Shown piece after piece: positions 27,314-39,083 of a stretch of DNA of 64,000 nucleotides. Within the stretch, counting starts at the first letter, position 1. Every line of letters begins with the position of its first letter. Below the pieces are notes generated by a model, which searched no databases, had not been told where the DNA came from, and saw only the letters and a program-made list of their open reading frames with translations. The stretch is taken from positions 162,750,001 through 162,814,000 of the forward strand of contig OX597814.1 in NCBI GenBank assembly GCA_951406725.2, read 5' to 3'. This DNA comes from Octopus vulgaris (Eukaryota). Made by a program: the position numbers and the translations under genes.

Positions 27314-27359
27314 CTGCCACTGATGATCCGTGATACGGGGAAATCTCGTGGTACGGTAG
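27314..27359 (+). ncRNA. Type I hammerhead ribozyme
   Basis: CUGCCa-CUGAUGA-UCCG ugaua CGGG-GAA-AUC ucgu GGU-A/cGGUAG. Full core and three stems. The first stem I pair is an A-C mismatch here but G-C in the second unit. Confidence 0.78.
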
Positions 27360-27635
27360 TGCCATCTACTGCTGTACAGATGGAATTTCTTCAGTTGATA
27401 ATAGAATTTCGATGCTTTTTTAGCATTTGCTGTCAGCACAAAATTAATTTGGGGGATGTGTGCAGCAGTATAAGACGTTATAAACAACATTCAAGTTGGG
27501 TTGGATGTTGCGAAAACTGCAACACTCGATAATAGCTTACACAACATGCCAAGTTTTCGCGGCACTACTGGCTGTTTGGCCAGTATTATTCGGCCTCGGT
27601 AGACTGGTTTTCTCTCTGGTATTTGGATTAGCTAG

Positions 27636-27681
27636 CTGTCGCTGATGATCCGCGATATGATCAAATCATGTGGAACTGTAG
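27636..27681 (+). ncRNA. Degenerate second hammerhead copy
   Basis: CUGUCG-CUGAUGA-UCCG...ucAAAUC augu GGaA-CUGUAG; the GAAA and GUA positions are mutated. Confidence 0.5.
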
Positions 27682-27816
27682 TGCCATCTGCTGGTGTACT
27701 GATGGAATGTCGATGCTTTATAGCATCTGTCGTCTACCTACGCGAAATGATTTTTCGGGACGTTTACAGCAGATTAAGTTGATATAAAAAACACATTCAT
27801 GCTAGACCGGATGGGC

Positions 27817-27875
27817 TTCTTCTTCTTCTTCTTCTTCTTCTTCTTCTTCTTCTTCTTCTTCTTCTTCTTCTTCTT

Positions 27876-27906
<31 letters not shown>

Positions 27907-27912
27907 TTATTC

Positions 27913-27983
<71 letters not shown>
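27817..27983. repeat. (TTC)n + (TTA)n microsatellite
   Basis: Direct reading. Confidence 0.97.
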
Positions 27984-27986
<3 letters not shown>

Positions 27987-29095
27987 TAGTTTTATTTTTA
28001 TAGCGTGCTTTCACTTCACTACCGAGCGCAGCTCTGTGTGCCTTGGGTATGTGCTGTGATTTGTTGTGATGCTCTGATGGTTATTGTATGGAAAGTGTTC
28101 TGCGTAGGATGTGTGCAGTGCCTAGTAGTGCAATTTTCTGTATGTTATATGTGTTTGTAAGTCCTGGTGTTTTTGTTATGTATTTGTCTGAATATTTTTT
28201 TATCATGCCTAATGCACCTACTATGATAGGAATTGTTTCTGTTTTCAGATTCCACATTCTAGTTACCTCTATTTCCAGGTCTTTGTATTTTGAGAGTTTC
28301 TCCATTTCTTTTAGAGAATGTTGTCATCTGCCGGTATTGATACATCAATTAGAAAGCATTTTTTTTCTTCATGATCTCTGACAACTATATCTGGTCTGTT
28401 GGCCTTAATTTCTCTATCTGTGTGTATCGGCATATCCCAGAGTATGGTTGCTTTCTCGTTTTCTGTGACCTTTTCTGGTGTGTGCCTATACCATCTTTTT
28501 TCTGTTGTTATTCCATAATGTTGGCATAGCTTCCAATGTATGTAGGTTCCAACTCTGTCATGTCTGTGAATATATTCCTTCTTAGCCAGGACTGGGCAGC
28601 TAGAGATAATATGATTTATTGTTTCTTGTCCATCTCCACATATTCTGCAGTTACTTGTAATATTTCTTTTCATTACATGTTTTTGGTAATTTCTGGTGGG
28701 GAGGCTTTGGTCTTGTGCTGCAATTAAAAATCCCTCTGTTTCTGCTTTGAGTCCTGAGCTTCTCAACCATTGCTGGGATTTTTCTTTGTCTATTTCGTTT
28801 GCCTTTAGTTTAGTGCAGTATTTACCATGAAGGGGCTTTTCTTGCCATCGTTTTATCATGGTTCGTTGCTGTTCTATTTTTAGTTTGGATTTCATTTGTT
28901 TTATAGCTTTTGTTCTTTCTTCATCATCATCTTCTTCTTCTTCTTCGTGTTTATTAGGTGGTATGATTTCTTGTTTGTATTTGTCAGCTTCCTTAAATAC
29001 TGAGAACAGTTTTTTGTTTTGCTCGTGTTTTGCTGCTATCTGGATCAGTTTTCCTTCCTTCTGAAGTAGGTATTTTTGCAGTCCTATGGTGGTTA

Positions 29096-29097
<2 letters not shown>
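27984..29097 (-). mobile_element. 5'-truncated R4/Dong-like LINE (CCHC knuckle and RLE endonuclease) inserted in (TAA)n
   Basis: ORFs 28311-29165 and 28081-28305 give CRICGDGQETINHIISSC, RHD, RPDIVV, IDVSIP, KLSKYKDL and PIIVGALG, with one frameshift near 28315. (TTA)n on both flanks. Confidence 0.92.
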
Positions 29098-29147
<50 letters not shown>

Positions 29148-29149
29148 TG

Positions 29150-30510
29150 ATGAAGAAAGGACCAAGACTGGGCGCCTCGCTCCTAGAATGTCGTTAGGTG
29201 CTCACAGCAATGGCATCGGTGGATGTTCTTCTTTAGCAATTGGTAGAGGATTATTGGCGGGGAAGAACGACGACGCTCTCGGGAAGACCCTGGGCGTCGA
29301 CGAAAACGAATTGGCTAGTCTTTCTGGAGGAATTCTCAGTCGGGAACTATCATGGATAATCTCCAGACGTCCTTGGCCTGGCAGTGCTACCGAAGTGTGG
29401 AGGGGGCGCTACCGGTTCGGGATAAACTTTACAAGCACGGATTTACTGTTATACTTACTTGACCGAGATGCGCACAGAGTTACGAAACCGATCTGCACGC
29501 ACTCAGTGTCTGAGCATTGCTGACTTGTGAAGGCGCAGGAGTGGCTGTGTGGTAAGTAGCTTGCTTACCAACCACATGGTTCAGGGTCTATTCCCACTGC
29601 GTGACACCTTGGGAAAGTGTCTTCTACTATAGCCTTGGGACGACCAAAGCCTTGTGAGTGGATTTGGTAGACGGAAACTGAAAGAAGCCCGTCGTATATA
29701 TACGTATATATATACATATATATGTATGTATATGTTTATGTATGTGTGTGTATACGTTTATGTGTCTGTGTTTGTCCCCCAACATCGCTTGACAACCGAT
29801 GATAGTGTGTTTACGTCCCCGTAACTTAGCGGTTCGGCAAAAGAGACCGATAGTACTAGGCTTCCAAAGAATAAGTCCTGGAGTCGATTTGCTCGTCTAA
29901 AGGCAGTGCTCCAGCATGGCGCAGTTAAATGACTGAAACAAGTAAAAAAAGAGTTAAAAGAGTTAGCTGCTGTTACGTGTGTAACGAATCTGTCTATCGG
30001 CCGAGTCCATAGTGATGATTGCCCCACCGCCAACCTCTAATCGGGCAGGCAAGGTAGTTTTCTTTTTCCTGGTGGCTGTGGCGAAAGAAATTATCTGTTG
30101 GACGAGGCAGAAAGGCATGAGGACAGACAGATACATTCCTCTTTGGGAGAAGTCTCATTGATTTTGAAGTTTCACTTGAAAAGAAAATTTAGGGTAGAGA
30201 AGGCAGTGCTGTCCTCGAGTGAGTTTATTGAAAGGAGGCTGAAAGTTGAAAACATGGCAAGAGAGGAGGGTACCACTCTAAGTGTAGTACTGTGTGTCGG
30301 AGGCAGGGAATTGCAGAGGGAGCTTGTCCTTGGTGTGCAGGTAGATCTTGGACGGTGGAATTCTTCGTTTATCTCTAAGGGTCATCTTGTATCAAGAGGA
30401 CGACATAACTATTATTACCCTCGTTTTGTCTTTTAGCTTTGTATTTCCCTTCCTTTTCATTGTATACCGTGTGTAGTTACTCTTTTTTTTTTGTTATTTA
30501 TTTATTTTAT
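29150..30510 (+). mobile_element. Tx1/L1-like LINE 3' fragment (zf-RVT region) interrupted by a SINE
   Basis: LAWQCYRSVEGALPVRDKLYKHG...PRCAQSYETDLHA before the SINE, and FLVAVAKEIICWTRQK...KFHLKRKFRVEK after it. Confidence 0.72.
29532..29950 (+). mobile_element. SINE family B nested in the Tx1-like LINE
   Basis: Near-consensus full-length copy. Confidence 0.9.
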
Positions 30511-30517
30511 CGTTTCA

Positions 30518-30790
30518 TCTCTATATATAAAACTGAAATGCGTTTTTACCGCTTGTATCGCTTGGGGCCACTACATCCCGTCGGATTGACTCCAAAATTT
30601 ACAGGGACATGTAAAATGAGGTGACGATGCCCGTGGGCTACCTTAGAAATCCATATCTTAAAAGGTGTCGTTGCTAGGGGGCCAAAAACTCACTTTGACA
30701 AATCCACTCCCGTTATTTTACGTATATGTCTTCCTCACTCACTCACGCTATTTCCTCCATCCCCCTCTAACTCCCCTTCAGTTTCCCTTT
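30518..30790 (+). mobile_element. Possible non-autonomous Helitron-like element 5' part
   Basis: Starts TCTATATATAAAACTGAA and contains CGGATTGACTCCAAAATTT, both typical of such elements. No 3' end identified. Confidence 0.4.
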
Positions 30791-31262
30791 ATAAGTTCGT
30801 CAATCGGCGTTCTTTTATGTATCTGTCTGCATTCATAGAGAGAATTATCATCGACACCAACAACACACGAGCATGAGAACAAATATTATGAATCAGATAT
30901 TTCTTGCGTTCATTTATATGTGTGTGTGTGTATGTGTGTTCTATATATAAATATGTATATATAATGTATATATACAAAGTGTATATATCTGTATTTATGT
31001 ATATTAAACTTTTTAATACTTTTTGATAGTTATATATATTTTTAAACAAATTATAAATATAATTTAATAATTTTTATTTTTAAATTTAAATAATTTAAAT
31101 TTTTTAATTTTATATTTTATATATTTTATATATTATATTTTTATTTTTATGTTTTTGTTTTTGGTTTTTCACTGTTTGATTTGCCTATTAGTGGTTTTAT
31201 CTCTAATTTAATTTATACATATATATATATATAATTTGTATACATTTGTATATATAATGCGT

Positions 31263-31323
<61 letters not shown>

Positions 31324-31580
31324 ATGTGTGCATTACGTGGTTGGTCGGTTCAGCTGAAAATATGCACACCTATGTTAAAAGTGCTGGCAAGTTTGCACGA
31401 CAACTATTTTTTTCCTCAAATGAAAAGCGTGACCTCTAGGACAAAATTCCTCATCTTATAAAATGTGGCCCCAGTAGACCCGAATGAAATCGGGTTATAT
31501 TAACCAAAATGTGAAAAGGGGTCTAAATGGGGCTGGAAGGGGATTAAAATTTAAATGAGCGAGTGTTTAGGAATTCTCTG

Positions 31581-31858
31581 TTACATCAAGCTAAAAAATT
31601 TGCATCAGCCTTTTAATCGTCAATGTGTTGCCGTCCATGATGAAGAAGTTTTGAATGCTTGCCATGGTGAGTCTACTGTCGTGAGAAAGAATCACTTCAA
31701 AACTTGGTGTTTACAAATTTTCTTTTACATCAAGTTCAAAATTTTACGCCAGCCGTTAAACTGTCAATACGTTGCTGTCCGTCGTTAAGGAATGCCAGCC
31801 ATGGTGACTCTACTATCCTCAGATTCTATCCCTTCAAACTTTGGTTTCCAATATTTTA
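31581..31858. repeat. Diverged direct duplication, ~144-bp period
   Basis: TTACATCAAG...GCCATGGTGA.TCTACT at 31581 and 31725. Confidence 0.75.
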
Positions 31859-32137
31859 TTATTTTTATTCAGCTCGCAAGTTCGTCTGTCCCTTTTAAAT
31901 GTTACTGTTTTGCTGTCTGCCTTGAAGCAGACCTTTCCGTTGTTACTGCCTGATATTTATGATTGATCTTTCTAAATATTTTATTTCTCAACTTACTCAA
32001 GATCTTTTGTTGTTTATAAATGGGAGAGAGATAGATAAAGATAGAGAGTAAGAGAAAGCGAGGGAGAGTCCGAGAGAAAGGAAGAGTAAGAGAGTGGGGA
32101 AAGTGAGAGAGAAAGGAGAGAGAAACAAAGAGGGAGA

Positions 32138-32455
32138 ATCATCATCATCATCATCATCATCGTTTAACTCCGTTTTCCGTGCTAGCACGGGTTGGACAGT
32201 TTGACCGGGGTCTGGGAAGCCAGGAGGCTGCACCAGGCTCCAGTCTGATCTGGCAGTGTTTCTATAGGTGGATGCCCTTCCTAACGCCAACCACTCTGTG
32301 AGCGTAGTGGGTGCTTTTTTCGTGCCGCCGGCACAGGTGCCAGGGGGACTGGCAGCGGCCACGATCGGTTGGTGCTTTTTACGTGCCACCGGCACAGAAG
32401 CCAGTCAAGGCGGCGCTGCATTCGGCCACGTTCGGATGGTGCTTTTTACGTGCTG
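32138..32455 (-). mobile_element. RTE-associated SINE-like element with a (GAT)n tail and internal ~65-bp repeats
   Basis: Minus strand has repeated GGCACGTAAAAAGCACC, then GGTTGGCGTTAGGAAGGGCATCC and the tail CCAACCCGTGCTAGCACGGAAAACGGAGTTAAACGATGATGAT. Confidence 0.75.
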
Positions 32456-32612
32456 AAAGGAAGCAACAGAAAGTAACAACCACACTCTTACTCGCGCGTA
32501 GAGCGGGTCACCTTCAGCCAGTCTCTCTATATAAAACCCAACACATTGTGTCTGTCTTTGTATTGTCTCCCTCGTATTTCGCCCTGGTGACAAATAAATG
32601 AAATCATCATCC

Positions 32613-32643
<31 letters not shown>

Positions 32644-32650
32644 TATTATT

Positions 32651-32719
<69 letters not shown>

Positions 32720-32742
32720 ATTATTATTATTATTATTACTGA

Positions 32743-33275
32743 GGTGGCGAGCTGGCAGAATCGTTAGCGCGTTGGACGAAATGCCAAGTGGTATTTCGCC
32801 CGTCGCTACGTTATGAGTTCAAATTCCGCTGTGGTCGACTTTATCTCGACTTTATCTCTCGTCCTCTCGGGGTCGATAAGCTAAGTACCAGTGGAACACT
32901 GGGGTCTATGCAATCGACTTAATCCCCTCCCACAAGCTGCCCTTGCGGCAAAAATTTGAAATCATTATTATGTTATTTGTCATACTTTTGAGGTCAATAA
33001 AATCAGTACCAGTTGAGCACTGGTGTCGATGCAATCGCCAAGCTGAAATTTTTATGTCTTATGCTTCTAGTAGAAAGATTTATTGCTCTAACTTTTTGTT
33101 TACTAAGAGTGGCGAAGTGGAAGAATCGTTAGTGGGTCGGAGAATTGCCAAGCAGCATTTGTTTTGGCTCTTTACATTCTGAGTTCAAATTCTGCCAATA
33201 ATATAAGGCAAGTATTAGGGTCGATAGTATCGACTAATGCCCTCCCATCAATTTTCAAAGCCTTGTACCTCGTGT
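32743..33275 (+). mobile_element. SINE family A copy plus adjacent decayed fragments
   Basis: GGTGGCGAGCTGGCAGAATCGTTAGC...GAGTTCAAATTCCGC. Confidence 0.8.
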
Positions 33276-34219
33276 TTATTTCAACTATTTCAATTATTCA
33301 TGAAGTCAACCAGTGAACAATAAGTTTGGGGAATCTGGGGATGTTAGTTGTGAGAATAGTAAAACCTTTTGAGAGATTGAAAATAGCGTTAGTTCAATTC
33401 ACAGGAAAATTCTGATAGGAGTTGTTATGAGAAATCTCGTGCTGTAAACCGATCATCGCTCTACGATTTTTGGTAACTCCCTGTCGTATAATTAACGTAA
33501 TAATGATTTATGTACACTAAGACATATTGAACTTAGGAAAGTACGAATCGATTGGATCGATTATAGTAATATTAAAATAATAAGTGGATGAATATTAACT
33601 CGGTGCATTTCTGCAATAAATACAGTGAATTGCTTGACCTTTTATGATCGGTATTATGTATCAATTGTTGGACTGCCTTATTGAGCTTTCGTTTTGTTTT
33701 TCGCAGCAAATCCGCTCGACATAGCTGTGTGGTAAAGAAGTCCGTTCTTTTCGCAATTACATTGTTGTAGGTTTGATCCTATTACGCAGTACCAGGTCGA
33801 CCAAAGCTTTATAAGGGAATTTTCTTTGATAAACTGTATGGAAGTCAGTAGTGGAGATCGTTCCTATTCTTAATAGTAGGTTAAATCTGTCGCTTGGTCT
33901 AGCATATTATATAGTTCTTGGATGCCCTTAACGAAGTACACATTGTGATACTATTCGGATCATGTCACAAGATTGAGGATAAATTCTTCCTTTACTTCCA
34001 CCGATGTCGGGACTCCGGAAAAGTGTCATGGTTGCTGCCCTTCTCCTTGTGATTAATATACAATACATCTAGCCGTTACTCATATACGAGCATGACTTGA
34101 TAGTATGTCCTATGACTTCGCTAACAGTTGTGTGTGCCCTTGTAGTTCCAAAAGGACAGAAATACCATCTAGGTCCTCTCACCTTTAACTCAATGATACG
34201 TCGAAGATGTGATAGCTGA

Positions 34220-34250
<31 letters not shown>

Positions 34251-35089
34251 AGAGAGAAAAAGAGAATGAGAGATGCACCAGAACACATCTAGTACAAATT
34301 ACAGGAAAGCAGACAAGATCAACGAAAACTGACATCTTGCTGAAGATCACAAAGCACCGCCCTGTCCGAGAAATAACACCACGATCATGAGCCGACAACC
34401 CTAATCACAAGGCCACGCACCTTTACTTCTTCTGACTAAGCCACGGAAAAGAAAAGTTAAGGACGTAGTCCAGAAATACAACGATCGCTGTTTAAACTTA
34501 CAATCTCTACCAATGATTCTATTCACTTTACTTCTACTTTCATAAAATTATCTGTATTCATTATAAAAGACGAAGTTTTCCCCATTGAGGTTAGAATTCA
34601 TAAAATAGAAAGAACGGAACAATATACACTGAAGTATTTATTTTGGTGCTTTATTGTGTCTTCCAATCTACTTGGGATCAAACGGTGTTTCGTTGAGGAG
34701 GCATAATAAGACCGAAACGTGTCCAATATGTCAACGCACTGCTAAAGACTAGACACACTCCACTCTACATTCTGCAGTTAATTTATTTTAATTAATTAAA
34801 ATTCCAGGAGTGCTTCCCATGTACCTTTTTGAAACAACTCTTATCAGTCCAGTAGATGATGATTAATCTTATCATTGAAATTATAATATAGACTATAATG
34901 GTAATTTAACTAATTAAAATTTCAATAGCCCTTGTACCCTCTTTGTTGTCAAGCTTTCATACAACAGATGACACTGAGTATTTTTTCAAGTCATTCTTCT
35001 GTGTAATATGAAAAAAGTTATGAACGTTCGAAGTGAGAATTGAAAACGAGTCACAGACTTGACCCATCAGCTATTCACCTTTCGTTAAA

Positions 35090-35520
35090 AAAACAAACGA
35101 GTGTCGCCATATGATTACCAGAAGTAGCAGCCAAATTAACATCAACTCATACCTTAGCATCATAAAATAATGAAGGATAGATTGAATGATATAGTTTGGG
35201 GAACACTATGGCTAGTAAAAAGGAAAAAAAATTAGGATGAACACGAATTTAATGCTTTTGATCATGGATCAATTCAAGCAAGGCTGACTTGTGACAAAAC
35301 AACAGCAATAATAACTAGCTTTTATTATATAATAAAGGCGCCTCTACATGGTTGTTTGACATGAGAGAAATCTATCTCAGATCACATCTCCGACGTCTTA
35401 AATAAGTGAAGGACACGTTAGGTAGTGCAATCGAAAAAAACACAAAAGGGACGATGAAATCCTTTTGATAAGAGATCTGCTGCACCAGAACTGGTTTGGT
35501 GTTAAACAACAAACAACACA
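35090..35520 (+). mobile_element. Old interspersed repeat family E (two decayed copies; others at ~41440-41830, 44750-44930, 50920-51020, 51470-51650 and, on the minus strand, 56800-56900)
   Basis: Shared motifs AGAAATAGCAGCCAAAT, GGACACATT.GATA.TGTAGTC, TTTGATCAT.GG and a CAACAA tail. Confidence 0.6.
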
Positions 35521-35848
35521 AAGCTTTCTTATTGTAAACTCCACTGGATCAGAGCTGAACTCGGTTTTGACAATTATCAACATAAAGCTTTCTCGTTCTA
35601 ACCTTCACCGGATCAGGGATGCGTTGGGGTTAGACATCAAGCAACATAAAATCTTATTGTAAACAACACTGAATTAGAGCTGACCTGTAGTTAAATAACA
35701 AACAAGTCAAGTTTTTTTTATTGTAAACTCCACTGGATCAGAGCTAAACTAGAGTTGAACGGCAAACAACATAAAACTTTCTTATAGAAAAAATCTTCAA
35801 AGCCAGAGCTGAGCTAGCGTTAAGCAATAAGCAACATAATACTTTCTT
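35490..35848. repeat. ~63-bp minisatellite (~5.5 units) derived from the family E tail
   Basis: Recurring AAACAACATAAAGCTTTCTTATTGTAAACTCCACTGGATCAGAGCTGA. Confidence 0.8.
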
Positions 35849-35850
35849 CA

Positions 35851-36240
35851 AGGCGGTAAGCTGACATATTCGTTAGCAAGCCGGGCAAAATGCTTAGCAG
35901 CATTTCGTCCGTCTTTTTGCTCTTAGTTCAAACTCCGCCGGGCTCGACTTTTCCTTTCATCTTCTCGGGGTCAATAAAATAAGTACCAGTTGATCACCGA
36001 GGTCGATGTTATCGATTTACCCTACCCCGATTTTGCTAGCCTTGTACCAAAATTTACAATCAATACACGTTATGACGAGCAAAATGCTTAGCAGCATTTT
36101 GCTCGTCATAACGTCCTGAGACTTTGACTTTCATCGTTGTCGAGTCGATAAAATAAGAACTTGTTCAACCAACACTGGGGTAGATTTAATCGGCTGAACC
36201 CTCCTCCGAAAGTGTTGTCTTTGTGTCAAAATTTGAACTC
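35851..36240 (+). mobile_element. Two consecutive SINE family A copies
   Basis: Head and core motifs seen twice; the second head is rearranged into a palindrome. Confidence 0.8.
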
Positions 36241-36514
36241 AATATATAGCTTTCTCATATGTTATCAAGTTGGTGATAACATAATGTAGTTTACCAAGAA
36301 ATTCTAATTAGTTTAAGCCACACCCGTGATGAGGAGAAATAAATCATGAGTTAGTTTAATAATCTGTTCTGGTCAACAGGCACTTTTTTTATTTGATAGT
36401 CTCAGCAAAGTCAACGTTGTAGGAGGGACGAACAAAATTCTTTCTGATAAAAGCATTACAGTTCGACATCACCACCAACAGCACCTTACCATCACCGCAA
36501 CCTCTACTACTACA

Positions 36515-36557
<43 letters not shown>

Positions 36558-36750
36558 TACGAAGTCATTTACAGTTCTGTGTATTTTTACAGTAAAAAGG
36601 GTTCTTTCATTGTGTGTATGAAACACTAATTTACCTTCGACAGCATTTTTTTAATTGTATTTATTCTTTTTTTTTTTTGATGAGACATCATGACATTAGC
36701 CAATATGGAAATTAATAATCATTTATTGAATGCTTGCACATACTTGTATG

Positions 36751-36815
<65 letters not shown>

Positions 36816-36857
36816 ACATATATATATACACACACATATATATATACATAAATATAT

Positions 36858-36923
<66 letters not shown>

Positions 36924-37424
36924 GTGTTTGTGTGTGCGCGCGTGTGTGTGTATACACGAGTCCATCCAATTCGCAGTTGCTTTTGTTGGTAGCAATAGGC
37001 CACGACCTATTAGAAAGATTAGAGTTTATATTTTGTACTTACAACCTGAACTGTACATTGTAACATATCGTTGTTAATCATTTCTGACCTTTCTTTATTA
37101 GACTTTCTTTTCCTCTTCCTCTGATTCTCTCTTTTATTTTCCTCTCGCCATTCTTTTAGCTTATGGACTCTCCTCTCTATTGCTCTCCTTCCCGCTCTTG
37201 CTTCATATATCTCTCCTTCTGTTTCGTCCTTCTTTCTTCTCCTCACTTGTTTCCCCCGCCACGCAATCTGCTGCTGCCATAGCTCCATCTTTTTTGTTTA
37301 ATTTTTGTTTGCTTTATCTTCCTTTTTTCCTTTCTTTCTTTCTCTCTCTCTCTCTCTCTCACTCTGTCCTCTTCTGTAACTTCCTGCCTTTCTCACACCA
37401 TCAGCCATTCATTATCGCACTCTT

Positions 37425-37473
<49 letters not shown>

Positions 37474-38004
37474 CACATGCGCAAACACGCGTGCACGCAT
37501 GCAAACTCGCACGCAGTGTCACCTACCTTTTCCTCAAAAATCCGGCCATCTTTTCCCCCTCCATTTTATTGTCACTCTCAATACATCCTTCTCTCTCCCT
37601 TTCTTTGATATGACACACACACACACGTACACATGCTTTCTCTCCAACATACACATCTACAGACATAGTCATATACACACACGTATACACTGGCAACGTC
37701 AATCTTTTCCTTATATCCTACGTCTTTGTTACCAGTCAATCATTTCCCTTTACATTTCTACCTCTATCCGTAACATTTCCTCCTTTACAGTCGTCTGCAT
37801 CTTAACATCTATTCTCAATCAAAATCATCTTTATTCTTTTTCCTTTATTACTCTTCATGTCATTTATCACTCAAAAAAATTCACCCCTATCAAATATTTC
37901 CTAATCATCTTCTCTTCAGTCTTTCTTACTTACCTTTCGTTTCAAATACCAATTCTCCATTTAATTCCCCTTCTTTCTTCATTATTAGTATCCATCATCT
38001 CTTA

Positions 38005-38862
38005 AGGTGGCGAATTGACAGAATCGTTACCGCACCGGCAAAATGCTTACCGGTATTTCTTCCGGCTCTTTACATTCTGAGTTCAAATTCCGCCCTGGTC
38101 GACTTTGTTTTTTATTCTTTCGGGGTTAATAATAATCCTTTCTCCTATAGACACAAGGCCTGAAACTTGGGGGAAGGAAGCCAGTCGATTAGATCGACCC
38201 CAGTATTAAACTGGTACTTATTTAATCGACCCCGAAAGGATGAAAGGCAAAGTAGACCTCATCAGAATTTGAACTCAGGACGTAAAGACAAAAGAAATAC
38301 CTATTTCTTTACTACCTACAAGGGGCTAAACACAGAGAGGGCAAACAAGGACAGAAAAACGGGTTAAGTCGATTAACCCGTTTCACGACCCCAGTGGGTA
38401 ACTGGTACTTATTTAATCGACCCCGAAAGGATGAAAGGCAAAGTCGACCTCGGCGGAATTTGAACTCAGAACGTAAAAACAGTTCGAAATACCGCTAAGC
38501 ATTTCGCCCGGCGTGCTAACGATTTTGCTAGCTCGCCGCCTTTTCGGGGTCAATGATAATAAGTACCAGTTGAGCATTAGAGCTCATGTAATTGACTTAG
38601 CCCCTTCCCGCCAAAACCGCGGGCCTTATACTAAATTTTGAAACCAATATCATTCCTACCTCTGTGGCTGTGAGCTGGCAGAATCGTTGCAGCGCCGGAA
38701 AAAACGTTTAGCGGCATTTTTCCCGACTTTAAGCTCTGAGTTCAAATGTCGCCAGAATCGACTTCGCCTTTCATCTTCTCAGGGTCGATAAAAGAAGTAC
38801 CAGTTGAACACTTATCCCATCCTCTCAAATTGCTGGCCTTGTGCCAAAATTTGAAATCGGTA
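38005..38862. mobile_element. SINE family A cluster: a + copy interrupted by a - dimer (38137-38540), followed by another + copy (38672-38862)
   Basis: Family A head, core and tail motifs in both orientations. Confidence 0.85.
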
Positions 38863-38884
38863 TTATCCCCACTTCTTTCCCCCA

Positions 38885-38929
<45 letters not shown>

Positions 38930-39048
38930 TCCCAACAAACTTTAGACAGAGACAAAAGTTCTTATTCTTTTCCTTTAATAAACCATCATCACCACCACCA
39001 CCATCATCATCCTCATCCTCCTCCTCATCATTATCATCATCATCATCA

Positions 39049-39083
<35 letters not shown>

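Larger units (their letters stand above)
27237..27812 (+). mobile_element. Retrozyme-like tandem repeat (~323-bp unit, ~1.7 copies) with one hammerhead per unit
   Basis: GCCAGTATTATTC at 27256 and 27579; GCTAGCTG...CTGATGATCCG with the core at 27320 and 27642; shared GTAGTGCCATCT...GATGGAAT. A 24-bp inverted duplication lies at the 5' edge. Confidence 0.75.

Noticed and set aside
28311-29165. 284-aa ORF as a host gene
   Set aside because: It is a truncated, frameshifted LINE ORF read in from a (TAA)n tract.
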